From contig OZ336876.1 in the NCBI GenBank assembly GCA_965287045.1, positions 44,330,001 to 44,394,000 on the forward strand: DNA of 64,000 nt, in the 5' to 3' direction. Under the pieces are notes generated by a model, which was not told the origin of the DNA, ran no database searches, and was given only the letters and a program-made list of their open reading frames with translations. A program made the translations under genes and the position numbers. The DNA comes from Carcharhinus amblyrhynchos. Taxonomy: Eukaryota. Below, piece after piece: positions 23,581-36,869 of this stretch. Numbering within the stretch: the first letter of the stretch is position 1; the number at the start of each line of letters is the position of its first letter.

Positions 23581-25759
23581 TATTTATTATTATTATTATG
23601 GTACAAATTTTGAAAGTATGTATAAAGCATGGTTTTTAAAGCAAAATGGCTGATGTTATTGTGATTTTTGGTAATATGTCTAAATGTTTGATTTTTTAAA
23701 AATGATTGATGTGACTGTTTGAAATGAGTATACATTAATGATTTTGTAAAATAATTCTGCTCAAGTTTATCTGATTGAAGTTTGTGTCCCTATCACTTTT
23801 TAACATGAATCAATATTTCAGGTACTGCAGCAGCTTATTTTTGCTCTATGTAAACACTGCTTCTATTCACTGCATCACATCCTCTATCCTTCCACATATC
23901 CTCTACCTTTCTTGCCCACATTAGAGAATACTGCAAAGCCACTCTGAAACCCACTCTAAGAGGAATCCTTGCAAGTATAATTCTTAGCCCTGCCAACTCA
24001 TTAATTAAATTTGCGATTTACCTTAAGGTCAAAGATGAGCTCCATCACTCCACCATATCTCAAAGTGAACAATCACATTAGGCCAAGTGGATAAGATTCA
24101 TGGAAAATTTCGGAAAGATGTCAGAATGGATTTCTTCAAACAAATCACAATTAACATTTAGAATACATTTCTGAAAAGAAAATTGGAACTTCAGAATTAT
24201 TCAAGGTCCTTAAAACTATACTGGTTCAATGGTCACAAGGAGATTGTTCAGTCCATCATGCCTTTACCGGCTCTATACTAGAGTAGTCCAAAACTATTTG
24301 ATTGCTTAGTTAACACCAAAAACATTTTAACACAAACAACTGTAACATTATGTCACTCTAATGATTTTAAATTTTTAAAAATAAGTGAATGAAGCTTTCC
24401 ATTTTGATGTTCCCTTAGCAATATTTGATAAATGGAGTGTTTATGCACATTATCTCTGGATTGTCAACATTAGGCAAGTACAGTTGATTTTTGCAGAGGC
24501 TTGTCTTTTCCCGCTAACACATAAATAGGAACAGAGACTGTCCATCATACTTATATGAACACTAACCTCATGTGATACAAGACAAGTTCTGAAACAGCTG
24601 TCTCCCCAAAATGAAAAAGCAAAAGGGGAAGGTTAACCATAATTTGTGACAGTAAAAATGAGTCATTAGAAAAAAAAAATTGCTTTAAACAAGCAAGGCT
24701 TTAGCAACCTATTGAATGCATCAATGCAAAAATGTCTAACCAATCTTTCAAATGTTGACTTACTTTGATGCAGCAAGAATAGTGTTATTGGAAGTGCATG
24801 GTAAAGGAATTTTTATATAAGAAGTGTTGATAATATTTGAAAACCTCAGTGTAATAACTCCTAATTAGCAGGAAAAATACAATGTGCAAATATCAAGCAG
24901 TCACAGGTTTAAGGATTGCTCTTTTTAAGTAAGCAGCATGCTGAACTCTCAGTATTAACTTGAAACAGGCTCTTAATAAATGAAGAATTGTGCACATGAA
25001 CATAGTGAGTTCACCATCAGAATGATTACTGCCAGTTTATATAATTTCACAGATACTGATTGTGCTGTGATCAGGGATGTATATTTTTACACTCATGTTA
25101 TTATGTTTTCTGTACAAGAAAACTATGTATGTGTGATTTGGGTTAATTGAACATAGGGAAGGTTATCGAAGACAAGTTGTCTGTGAGAATTAAGAGATGA
25201 AAGTGTTCAGGTTCTAGTCCAGAATCCCATTGTATATTGTAAAGGCAGACTAAACCCCAACAATATTTCCATTTTGGCATAAATGAAATGATAGGATTGT
25301 TCTTTCCAGGAATTATTTCACTGACAAAGTTTTTTTTATAATGAAACAAACTTTATTTAATAACACGGTTTAAATATGGGTCTCATAAATGAGACAGTTG
25401 AACCATTAACAGCTGAACAATATTTAAAAATGTAAGGAAGCAATTTTATTTCCTGGCTTATTACTTTTGAGACCATTCATGTATAAATCAAATAAATAAA
25501 TAAGTAAAGTTAGCAAGCCCATGCACACTTGTTTTCAGAGTGAGATAGAGGTTTATAAGCCTCTAAAATCCATATATCTTCAACCTGGTTTCAACTGCAA
25601 CTAAACACTTTCTGCAAAAGCTTTTTTGTTCTCCCTAATCTAGATCCTGCTCTGCACATAAACCACATCATCACCAGACCCTGTCAATCGCTTTTATCAA
25701 TAATCCCAGGGGAACGTAAGTAAACAAAAGTCCATTAGCTCTACCTAATGTGTACACTT

Positions 25760-26333
25760 GCAAAGCTGAAATGAGTGATTATCCTGGGGATGGGATGGGA
25801 GTCTTGGGAGTCCTGAAGAACAGTTCCTTTGTATGGATGTTGCTGAGAAGCTATGAACGCTTGGAGGCAGTCATTTAATTATAAGTCGCCAGTGTCCTTG
25901 ATTAAGGAAACAGTTTGTCTCTGGACTGCCTTTTGCAATTTCACATCAGAGTGGAAGTGCCTGAGAAGTTGTGAAGTATACTTTTATTAAAATGACAAGA
26001 ATTTCTTGACTTGTGAATTTTTATTGTTAAAATCTAGAAGGGGTTGTTGCCAAAATATAGTTTAATTGTGGACTTTTGGCCAACATTTTTGTGCGTGAGT
26101 GAGGGATGTCCTGTAAGACTGATTTAACTATGTAACTTTTATCTGTTTACGTTTTTCCTTTTTGATAAATGTTTTAATTTTTTAAAATTCAGAAGTATTG
26201 CTGGAATTCTCTGCTGTTGGTATCAGTAGCTCTCCCTTCTCTTTTTCACAATAAAGAAAAGGTAATGATCAACGAGGCAGACTTCACCCTGTGGTTTGGC
26301 TTGCTCAGGAATAACATTAGCTGTGGTCCTAAC
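25760..26333 (+). mobile_element. Possible solo-LTR fragment
   Basis: Ends ...gtggtcctaaca (LTR-like CA end) with a gataaa signal upstream; no internal domains seen. Confidence 0.3.
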
Positions 26334-28592
26334 ATAATCCATGCACACTTGAAATCTGTCCTTAAAAATTGACATCTTTCCTTTCTCACAGAATTGTGAA
26401 TTTAGCACCAAGTGCTGTTGGGCCCATTGCCTGATTCCGAAGAGCTCATAACAACTCAGCAGTGCACAGCTTCAATTGTGCAAAAGGTAAAGTCAACACT
26501 GTTATAGGATGTCCATGTACAACCTATGAATGCTATTTTCATACAGTGAATAGCTTAGCCTAATATATTTGTTACAGCACCACTTCTTCCTATCAATCAA
26601 TCTGTGACATCATCCAACTGAAGAATCAGTGCTGGGTTCATTCATAAATTAAAATACTCATGCCTATAATAAACATGATATTGAATCTTCCTTTGAACAT
26701 ACAGAACTTTCATAGAATAGTGCAGTACCCAGAATGCCAAATCTCTTGTCTAAAGAGAGAGATCTTGGAGGCAGAAACACATTGAAAGCATATCATCTGC
26801 AGTAACTTGATTTTACAGAAATGTAATTGGTTTTGACAATATCAGTGGTTAATGCTCTGCACTCATTGCATTGCAGGCTCACCTGACATCTGGAGCAACA
26901 AACAGTTGCTCAGTTAAAAAATGTGACTTTCTTTCATTCTTGAAAATAAATACAATATCATGCTTTTAAATATGTTTGGAAGTTCTCACACTTGCTGTTC
27001 ATAAAACATCATTCCTATATTACTGCTCTGGTGACATTTAGCACAGTGAATGACATAAACAAATTGTTTCACTCTACAATTTTAGAGTGGATAGACTGCG
27101 TTAGCTCAGTACACTCATCACAGACTGAAATGGTGAGACAGATGCTGCTGCGGTGAAAATCAATGAACTCATAGGAAAATGTCAGATCTAGCTTCTAGGT
27201 TCAGCTTTAACATAGAGGAAATGCCATTTTTAGGAGGCTGAATGGTATTAATTCTAAAATATGCCTAAATCAAATGTATGAAACATTTTATGCATGCATA
27301 TTTTAGACGGCTCCAAGCGCTCTAGTAAAGTAAATCTGCATTGTTATTTTGGGAGAGTTTAAATTTGTGACAGTGCGATCCACTGCAAGCATATTACAAA
27401 CACTGTGACTGGGGCCTCATTAGCACACAGTGGCTCAGAAGATGGTTATGTAGGTAACTGAGAAACTTTAACAGGCATGGAGTGCAGCGGGGCATATCAA
27501 GATATTGGTTAATGCCATTCAAGCATCATTTTATTCCTCACGTGCTTCAAAAAAAAATTGCAGTAAATGACTATAATTCCAAAAAATCACTATCTGACTT
27601 TGTTATATTTATTAAAGTTTTCTTTTGTGTACATGTATGATTGTACAGCTGTCATCTGGCAATGCACAGTGCCATTGATACTATCAAAACCCTCAGCCAA
27701 GTCTCCTAGACATTTATTTGAAAAATTGTTATTATTACATACTGAAATGGGAATTGCAGTGAGGAGACAATCTTATACATCAAGGAACATTATTCATCTC
27801 TGCACAGTTCCTCGCAATAATAACATGCTAAAATTATGCACAAGCCTGCAAGGTACAATCAATTCAAGATACACCATTTTAAGGAAATTCCTTTGAGCCC
27901 ATCAAAATGTGTCATTTTTGAGGACTTTCACGCTCAATTAATTTTATGCTGCTTATATTTCTATATAAAAAGCAGCATCAATTAAACATAATAATCGATG
28001 GGTTGCCAAGATTTTCAAAATGATAAACTCTCTAATTATGGTTTTTTTTTGTACAAATAATGGTTCAAGATTGTTAGCACTTAAAACATCCTGATTTTAT
28101 TAAATTTTCCTTCAGGCATGATTTGAATAGGCCATACAGAATACCACAACGCTGATTCGAGCAGCTTCAAGTTCCACTATGCGGGTTGGCTTCCTTGAAA
28201 AGATGAGCAGCTAGGGTAATGAAGTCAATACCTTAGTGACAGGGATACCTTAGACATTTGTGTTAGAAAACTTACTGAAGCATATGAGACTGGTGTTTGC
28301 TAGAATATAGGTGGCTGGATCAACTTTGCTAATGCATGCTACACTAAAGTTTGATGACACTGTCCAGACTGCAGACTATGCACGATTCACACCAAAAACA
28401 AAAAGGATTCATATGTTCCTGATGGTGTGTTCATCATCTCTGTGCAGAGTCAACTGACAAATTTAACAATGCCACCATGGACCACATCGTTAAAGCAGTC
28501 AGGAACAATTAATTAAATCTGATAACTTTAGTTTTTGATACATATATGATTTATGAGATTTTGGGCGAATAGTTCATTATAGCCTATTTCCA

Positions 28593-28923
28593 TTGAATCC
28601 CTACAGAGATCATTCAGCCTATCAAGTCTGCACTGACCCTTCAAAAGAGTACACTACTTAGACCCACTCCCCACTCCTATCCTTGTAACCCTGTGCATTG
28701 ATCATGGACAATCCACCTAACCTGCACGTCTTTGAACACTAAGGCGCATTTTAGCATGGTCGTCCATCTAACCTGCATATCTTTGGACTATGGGAGGAAA
28801 CTGGAGCACCTGGAGGAAACCCAAACAGAAACTCCACACAGACAGTCACCCAAGGCTGAAATAAAAGCTGGGTCCTGGTATTGTGAGTCAGCAGTGCTAA
28901 CCACTGTGCCACTTTGCAGCCCC
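28593..28923 (-). mobile_element. HE1-like SINE
   Basis: Reverse complement of head, core and tail. Confidence 0.8.
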
Positions 28924-29196
28924 AAGTGAACAGTACAGTTCACAATGCACACTCATTGCCATTGAGGCAGGCAGAATACGAACGTGGTGCCGCTGCCTCA
29001 TTTGCCTGATTGTAATGTTGGTCCAAATGGGGCAGCTGCCTGAGCACTGTGCAGGAGGTCAAACAGAGTTTGCAGAGAGTAAATAGCACAGCCAGACCGT
29101 TCCTCTTAAAGTCAGTCATACCCTCTCAAAGAGTTGTTGCATTAAGTGGAGGGGAGCAGCTGTAAACTGCCTCTGCTGACAGTGTTATAGCAGCAA

Positions 29197-29285
29197 TGAA
29201 ACACCAAGAAAAAAGACAGTTCCTAGGTTCATAGATGCCACACTAAAGGCCTTAACAATGGAGGTGGATGGGAAGAGAGACACAA
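29197..29285 (+). mobile_element. Harbinger Myb/SANT-like gene N-terminal relic
   Basis: MKHQEK then, after a frameshift, VPRFIDATLKALTMEVDGKRD; resembles APRFSD..LE.L..EV..RRD. Confidence 0.5.
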
Positions 29286-29637
29286 GAGGAAAGAGGGGCG
29301 ACATTTGCTGTAGAAGAGTTTTTCAGGTGGCCAACATGCTTGGAGGGAGAGAAAGGACTTCAGCCATGATATTGTCAGGAGGAAGCAACCAATTTAGGAA
29401 GGCAAGTTCATCGTAGGGCAGACAGCTCTGGGATCTGAGCATCACCATTGGATTAGTGGCACTATTGAAGTAGCAAGGGGAATGAGTAGCAGCTTCTGTT
29501 TTGGGGTAGTACAGTTAGCAAGTAGTTATTTTTTTTTGCTGGGACTAAGCAAGTAGGTGCAGTGGAATTTCTCCGCTGTACTCTTTCATCCATTTATAGT
29601 AGAATAGATAAAATGGCAGTGGTAAAAAGGAAACCAA

Positions 29638-29830
29638 TAGTCCAAAGATGAGCAGGTTAGATGAATTGTTTCCTAGTGTCCCAAGATGTGTGGGTTAGGG
29701 GGATTATCAGGGTAAATACGTGGAGTTGCAAGGTAGTGTCTGGGTAGGATGCTCTGTGGAATGGTTGGTGCAGGCTTGAAGGGCTGAATGACCTCCTTCT
29801 GTACTGTAGGGGTTCTCTGATGCTATGAAT
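29638..29830 (+). mobile_element. HE1-like SINE 3' half
   Basis: agtccaaagatg...ggttag...cctccttctgtactgtagg. Confidence 0.7.
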
Positions 29831-30019
29831 AATGAGTTGTCAAGAGAAAATTATTTGATTTAATGCAAGAAAAATAAATGGTAAAAATGTTCTGCATTAT
29901 CTTTATGTCAGCTAAATGGATTTATCTGTTATTGAGTCTTTCACCATCTCTGACATTGCAACATTAAATCTATAGGCATTTCTTTTCTGTTACACTTTGT
30001 ATGTTATTAGCATATAGGC

Positions 30020-31635
30020 TTGGAAAGCAAATTGGTTAGCTAATTGGAAAGAGACAGTAGTCATCAATGGGTCTGTTTCTGGTTTGCAAAATGTAATGAG
30101 CGATGTGTGACAGTGATCAGTGCTGGAGCTTCAACATTTTACTGACATATTAATGAGTTGGATGAAGGGACCAAATGTATCGTTGCAAAATAAGCTGACA
30201 AAGATACGTAAGAAAGTAAGATGTGAAGAGGATATAAGGAGGCTACAAAGACATATATAAAGGTGAAGTGAATGGGAAAAGATCTGGCAAATGGAGTATA
30301 AGGTGGGAAAATGTGAAATTGGCCATTTTGGCAAAAATAAACAAAAGCATATTATCTAAATGATGAAAAAAAAAGCAAAGATCTGAGGTTCAGAGGGATC
30401 TGCGTGTCCTATACATAAATTGCAAAAGGTTTATATGCAGGTACAGCGAGTAATTAGAAAACCTAATAGAATTTTATTGTTTATTTTGAGGTGAATTAAG
30501 TATAAAAGTAGGGAGGTTATGCTTCAGTTGTACAGGGCATAGGTGAGGCCATATCTGGAGTACCGAACGCTTGAGTATTGGACTTGTTATTTAAGGAAGA
30601 ATATAAATATGTTGGAAGCTGTTCCAAAAAGGTTGACCAGACTAATACTTGGATTGGGAAGCTTGCCTTATAAGGAATTGTTGAACATGCTAGGCTTGTA
30701 GCCACTGGAGTTTGGAAGAGCAATAGGTGACTTGATTGAAACATCAATTGATTGATCCCAAGTGGGCTTATCAGGGTGGATGTGGAGAGTGTATTTCCTC
30801 CTGAGGGAGAGTCTAGAAAAAGGGGTTGCTGTTTCAAAAAAAAGGGGTCGCCAATTTAAAACAGAAATGGGGAGAAATGTTTTCTCTTCGAGGCTTGTGA
30901 GTCTTTCACATTCTCTTTCTCAAAATGCAATAGGATCAGAGTCTTTTGGGTGATCTTGAGCCCATGTTTGCTATCCAGGGGAAGGGCGGTGGGGGTCAAG
31001 ATCTGGTGAAACCTGGAAATCATGAATCTCCTCAGCGAGATCACGACTTCCAACTTTCACAACCCCTCGCCAGTGATATAAGTAGATTTACGTCCCCAGT
31101 GGGGAGGGGGACATGGTCAAGCAGTGGTCTAAAACTGCTCTTGGCACAGATTGGCACAGTTGGGGATGAAGGGAAGTGGGGATGAATGCTGGCTGCAACT
31201 GTGGGGGGGCTGGGGGTGAATGCCAACTCTGATTGGGGTGGGGGGGAGTATCTGAGATCTCCGAGGTGGGGAGGTAAGTTTCTGATCTGATCAAAACCCC
31301 TTTTAAACATGGTGTCCCAAACACAGTGCAGCTGGGCTTTGCCAGCATGGCCCCATTTCGTCATATGATGGTATGAAACATGCCCATCTTTCTTTGTGAT
31401 GGAATATGGTAAAATGTGGAGAGAAACATGCCATTTTTTTTGTCGGAAACAATACTCCGCCATTTTTTGGAAAGATTTTGTCCTTTGAATATTTTTGGGG
31501 TAGAGGTAAATAAATTATTGATAAACAAGGGAGTGAAAGATTATCAGAGGTAGCTCGGAATGTGGAGTTGAGTTAACAATTAGATCAGCCATGATTTATT
31601 GGTTAGTAGGGCAGACATGTGGCCAACTCCTGCTC
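30020..31635 (+). mobile_element. Old CR1 fragment (RT through 3' UTR) split by a MITE
   Basis: Degenerate SVLELQHF, WEKIWQMEYKVGKCE, EYKSREVMLQLYRA; resumes at 31484. Confidence 0.8.
30948..31483. mobile_element. Harbinger-type MITE
   Basis: GC-rich insert in CR1 with ends gggtgatctt and aagattttgtcc; ttt on both sides; removing it restores gagtctttgaata. Confidence 0.6.
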
Positions 31636-33628
31636 CTAGTTTATATGTTCGTATTATTTTCCCCTCCATGTACAATACACTTACAATATTGCTGCCTTGA
31701 ATAAAATGTGGAAGTGAAGTACAAACTGAACTAAATCTGGATCGTGTGTCACACACTAGACCAAGGCAAAACTAAATAGTGAAACTAATAATTAAATTCT
31801 AACATTACAACAAAGAATAATTACGCATCTACCAGCAATTCTGAATTAACAGCCAGGGTATCCCTCCTAGAGAGAGTATAATTTTCAATTTTCAGACTGA
31901 GCATTTATTACAGTGCCTCATCTTGTAGTTGGGTTACACGAGCATCAGTATTTGTTCTGAACATTGCTGAAATAACCATTCTTTAAAGATGAAGCTAGGC
32001 AGTGGGTCACGTCAGATAATTTAGGTCCTACTGCTAAACCAAGCCTGAACCCCACACTTAAAGAAAACAAGGCTTGCATTTATATAGCACTTTTCATGGT
32101 TTTAGCACATCCTAAAGTGTTTTACAGTCAGTATTAGTTACTGTTGTAACAAAGGACATCCAGCAACTAAAATGCGTTCATCAAGCTCCCATAAACAGAA
32201 ATCGTGATAAGGACCAGATAACTTCTATGATGCTTATTGAGGGATAAATGCTGTTAACTTTGTGTATCGAAATATAATAGGAGTTGCTTAGTTCATCACT
32301 TTGTCATTCAAAAGTCCAATAAAAAACAGGAATTCCTGCATAGGGTAGACAATATAAGTATCTTATTAGCAGACCTTATGAAGAACTGAAAATAGGCACA
32401 TACAAACAGCCATGCCTTTGAAAGTTATTTTGAAGGCCAGGTATTTCCGGGGATTTATGTGTGTGATTGTGGAAAGCCACACAAGATGAGATGAGGGAAG
32501 ATGATTTAAAGGCCCAGTTGATCAAGAACAGAAGGTACATAAGGTTTTCATGGAAAGTGGATAACATAACAGTGGGTTTAAACCCCATGGTTTAAACCCC
32601 ATGGTTTAAACAAAGAATTTGATGTAGCATAAGACAGTTTATGTTAAAAAAATTTACAGGGTCCTGTCAAGATAATGCCATGGTCCACTCCTGAAAATGG
32701 GGATAAAATATAAGTTTTTGAAGGAAGTCATTGCTGGAAGTGATGGTGAGAAACCCTTAAGAGCAAACCGATGCTAATACTTTGGTTTTGATATGCCTTG
32801 AAGGCACCTAGAAGAAAAATAAGGAAGTTATTTATACATGCTAGCTGTCCAGCCCAGCCAGTGCGGCTCTTACCATGGTGTGTAGTTTTGCTGTATTACA
32901 CCCTATCTTAAATCCTGATTAAGCTCAACCAACCCACCATATTGGTTCCCTTTCCTCATTGATTAATTGGATAATTGGTAATAACAACAATTAAAAAAAA
33001 ACAAGTTGGCAGGCTGAAAATCACTACGATTCATCCAAGGTCAAGTAATTGGGATGGAAACAACAGCCGTGAAATCTGTCCAAATTGATTGAATTAGTTT
33101 ACAATAAGGTCCTTATGTAACAGGGAACTATAGACCAGATATCTTAACATCAATGATAAGAAATATGCCAGAAGTACAAGAAAGCAAAACACAGAGAGAC
33201 AGAAAATATAATGCCAAGTAATCAGCATGCGGATTTCTAAAAAGATCATGTTTAATCAATCTTTCTGAATTTCCTGAAGAACTGACAGAAATAACAGACA
33301 AATTGTATAGGAAGCCAAAGCTACACATAATTTGGCTGATTCTGAATGAGAGGTTAAGAAAGGGGCAGAGTCTGTGCCAAGAGAATAGGAACAATGGCAA
33401 AAAATAGAGAATTATGTATAGTCTTCCTAACAGCATTCTGCTATAGGAAAATTATGGCTCATTAACGTGATGTTGGACAGGCAGTCTGACAATGCCAAAG
33501 TGTGGGATTAAAGAAAAAGTAACTAGTGCAGGCAATTGTGAGCATACACATCACTAACATCATGGTTTAAGAAACAGGGACCTTTGAGAAATGGTTCTTT
33601 TTTAACTGTACCAAACAGTCATGGGTCA

Positions 33629-33992
33629 AGGGGAGGTGATGGCCTAGTGGTATTATCGCTAGACTACTAATCCAGAGACTCAGCTAATGTTCTTGGGACC
33701 CGAGTTTGAATCCCATCAAGGAAGACAGTGGAATCTGATTTCAATAAAAAAAAACCTGGAATTAAGAATCTACTGATGACCTTGAAACCACTGTCAATTG
33801 TTGGAAAAACCCATCTGGTTCATTAATGTCCTATAGGGAAAATACCTGCTGTCCTTAGCTGAACTGGCCTACATGTGACTCCAGAGCCGCAGCAATGTGG
33901 TTGACTCTCAACAGCCCTTGGGAAACTTGGAATGGGCAATAAATGCTGGCCAGCCAGTGACGCACATGTGCCGCAAATTATTTTTTTAAAAA
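33629..33992 (+). mobile_element. tRNA-derived SINE, third family
   Basis: A-box-like tggcctagtgg, B-box-like gagtttgaatccc; tail gggcaataaatgctggcc shared with the divergent LINE 3' end. Confidence 0.8.
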
Positions 33993-34949
33993 ATCAACTG
34001 ATACTGCTGACACAGCACTTAATTCTCTCTCCTTCTCTGAAAGCAAAAGTAAATAATTCTGAGGGACCAAGACAAGGTAGAAATGAGTGTCACAAATATT
34101 ATGCTCCCCATATTGAGCTGTCTAGATACTGCAAACATTCTTGAATAGGTGGCAGAAAGTCTGCTGATGCTTTGCTTACCCAGTGACCTCCAGTTAGGGT
34201 GACAAATGGAGGGAAGTTCACTACCCTGGCTGGTTATTCTGTATCTCTTGGTCAGAAGGGTTTGAACAAGTAAATCTCATTGGGTAAGCTTCCGGCCACT
34301 AGAAATATATTAACGAGCGCTCAGAGCCAGGGGACAATCCTTGTCATGGGGCAGTCCTCATTAGGAAGTCCTCTTTTTTAGATGGTCTAGCAAAGAGAGA
34401 GGAGGATGGGAGATGAGTTCCCAAACACTTTGAGTAATGAACAGAATGCTGCTATTGCAAAGTGCTGAGATCAGTGAACCACTCTGAACTTTTCTTGTCT
34501 ATTTAATTAATGCATTATATCTAAACTGTTACTTCTTAATAAACATTATAAACTACCTTAAAATTACTTACAAATTCTTGACTGCTTATTTTAGGTGTCT
34601 GTGCCTCCCAAACTCTAAATTTTACAATGGGTAGAATTTTGGCTGTGGGTGGGGTGAGTGGTGGAGGAGAGTGCATTTGGATGAGGGAAGTGGGTATTGG
34701 GGGAAGAGGTAAAGATTGACATCAGGTCAGAAAGCCAACATGATTATGTCCATTTCCAGATTTCATCCAGGTGGGGTTGCAGGCGAGTAGGAAATCCCAG
34801 TGAAGCTGTTGGATAATTATACCAAATATCTAAATCCTCAGTTAAACCATAATACTGGCTTTAACAGCGGGATGGGCGTTTCTGAGCTGTACAAAACCTG
34901 ACAAGATGAAAAAGATGAGAATGTAGCAACACGTATTTCTACAGTGAAA

Positions 34950-35780
34950 CTTGGGCCAGTGGGCTGATGAATGGTAGATAAAGATTAATTCAGATAAATG
35001 TGAAGTGATGCATTTTGATAGGTCGAACCAGGGCAGGACGCACTCAGTTAATGGTAGGGCGTTGGGGAGAGTTATAGAACAAAGAAATCTAGGGGAACGG
35101 GTTTATAGCTCCTTGAAAGTGGGATCACAGGTGGACAGAGTGGTGAAGAAGGCATTCGGACTGATTGGTTTCATTGGTCAGAACATTGAATGCAGGAATT
35201 GGAATGTGTTGTTGGAGTTGTACAAGGCCACTTGGAATAATGTGTACAGTTCTGGTCATCCTATTATAGAAAGGATATTATTAAACTAGAAAGAGTGCAA
35301 AAAAGATTTACTAAGATGCTATCAGGACTTGATAGTTTGAATTATAAGGAGAGGCTGAATAGACCGGGACCTTTTTCTCTGGAGCGTAGGAGGTTTAGGG
35401 GTGATCTTATAGAAGTCTATAAAATAATTAGAGGCATAGATCAGCGACATAGTCAATATCTTTTCCCAAAGGTAGGGGAGTCTAAAACTAGAGGGCATAG
35501 GTTTAAGGGGAGAGATACAAAAGTGGCCAGAGGGGCACTTCCTTCAAACAGAGGGTGGTGAGTGTCTGGAACAAGCTGCCAGAAGTAGTAATAGAGGCAG
35601 GTACAATTTTGCCTTTTAAAAAGCATTTAGACATTTACATGAATAAGATGGGTATCGAGGGATATAGGCCAAATGTGGGCAATTGGGACTAGCTTAGAGG
35701 TTAAAGGAAGGGGCGGCATGGACAAATTGGGCTGAAGGGCCTGTTTCCATGCTATAAACCTCTATGAATCTGTGACTCTA
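34950..35780 (+). mobile_element. CR1 3' fragment
   Basis: ORFs 35005-35289 and 35295-35561 (VDRVVKKAFG, LERRRFRGDLIEVYKI); tail ctatgaatctgtgactcta. Confidence 0.9.
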
Positions 35781-35789
35781 TTAAAATGA

Positions 35790-36745
35790 CAGGGTGGGAA
35801 GTCTTCAAACAGTGACACTGAATCATGGCAACTAGCTAGGTTCATTGGTGATGAGGTTCATGGCAAGGCCAGCATTTTGTGCTCATGTCTAATGTAACAA
35901 TCAATCAGCACTCTGAGGAGGTGAACGTGGAACTGAATGGTGTACAAACTTCAGCAAACACTACCATTTATAGCTTTATGATGGATAGAATGTCATTGAT
36001 GAAACAGCTGATTATATTTAGCCTAGGATGTTACCCTAAAAGGATTCCTGCAGTGATAATCTGGGGATGAAATGATTTGCATCTGAGACAGGGTGAAAAT
36101 AGCTGAACACGTAGAGCGGAAGAGGAAAAAGACTTTCAGGAAATTTGCCTGCGATATGTCCTAAGAATGCAATATGTCCTAAGAATGACTGATGCAGCTG
36201 TATTGTCCCCGTCAGCACAGACATGTGCTCAGAGCCTGCACTGCAAATAGCAATCCCTCCTGAAAAGGCTGCACAAGGCCAAAAAGTAAGCTCCACCAAT
36301 GAAAAAAATCAGAGGTTGTCAAAATTCATCTTCAGAATATGGTTACCATCCCAAAAATGGTTGGCAGCAAGGTTACTGCGTACAAAGGCAAAACCTTTCA
36401 TCAGGCTGAAATCAAGCCTGGAATGATGGGCCATTATCTTGGTGATGTTCTTCATCACCTAGAAGTCTGTCAAGTACGGTAGGCTTGGTTTTTGTACCAT
36501 TTACTCCTCTAGGTTCATCCCTCTGAAATAGAGTTTACAGTGGAAATGGTATGTGAATAAAATTGTCGTACGAGCTAAAAAACATCATCGCAGCCATCCT
36601 CCTCTTTTTGAGGTTTGACTTCAGAGCTGTGATCAAATGCTGCCTTGATATTAAAAGCAGTTACGCACACCTCTTTAATCCAACTCTTTTATCCATGTTC
36701 GACCATGAAATCGGGAACGGAATGGCCCTGGCAGCACCCATAGCA
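35790..36745 (-). mobile_element. Divergent CR1-group LINE fragment hosting the RPS15 retrocopy
   Basis: ...ctgcagtgataatctggggatgaaatgatttgcatc stops near 36084 and resumes at 36583 (catcatcgcagccatc...tcaaatgctgccttgat). Confidence 0.65.
36099..36531 (+). pseudogene. RPS15: Processed pseudogene of 40S ribosomal protein S15 (uS19)
   Basis: Manual translation: [122 protein letters not shown]. No introns; AATAAA at 36556-61; A6 at 36577-82. Confidence 0.95.
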
Positions 36746-36869
36746 TTTCTTTTGAGAGTGCGTTCTTACTAATTGACAAATAATTTCCAAATTTAGTCTT
36801 CCAAGTTCTTCATCTATTTAGCACTTGACCGATGTGGATTTGCACTTCCCTCTGTCAGCCTTCACTAAG

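Noticed and set aside
28110-28500. Possible exon or pseudogene after a ttttccttcag acceptor
   Set aside because: Frames interrupted by stops and no product recognised
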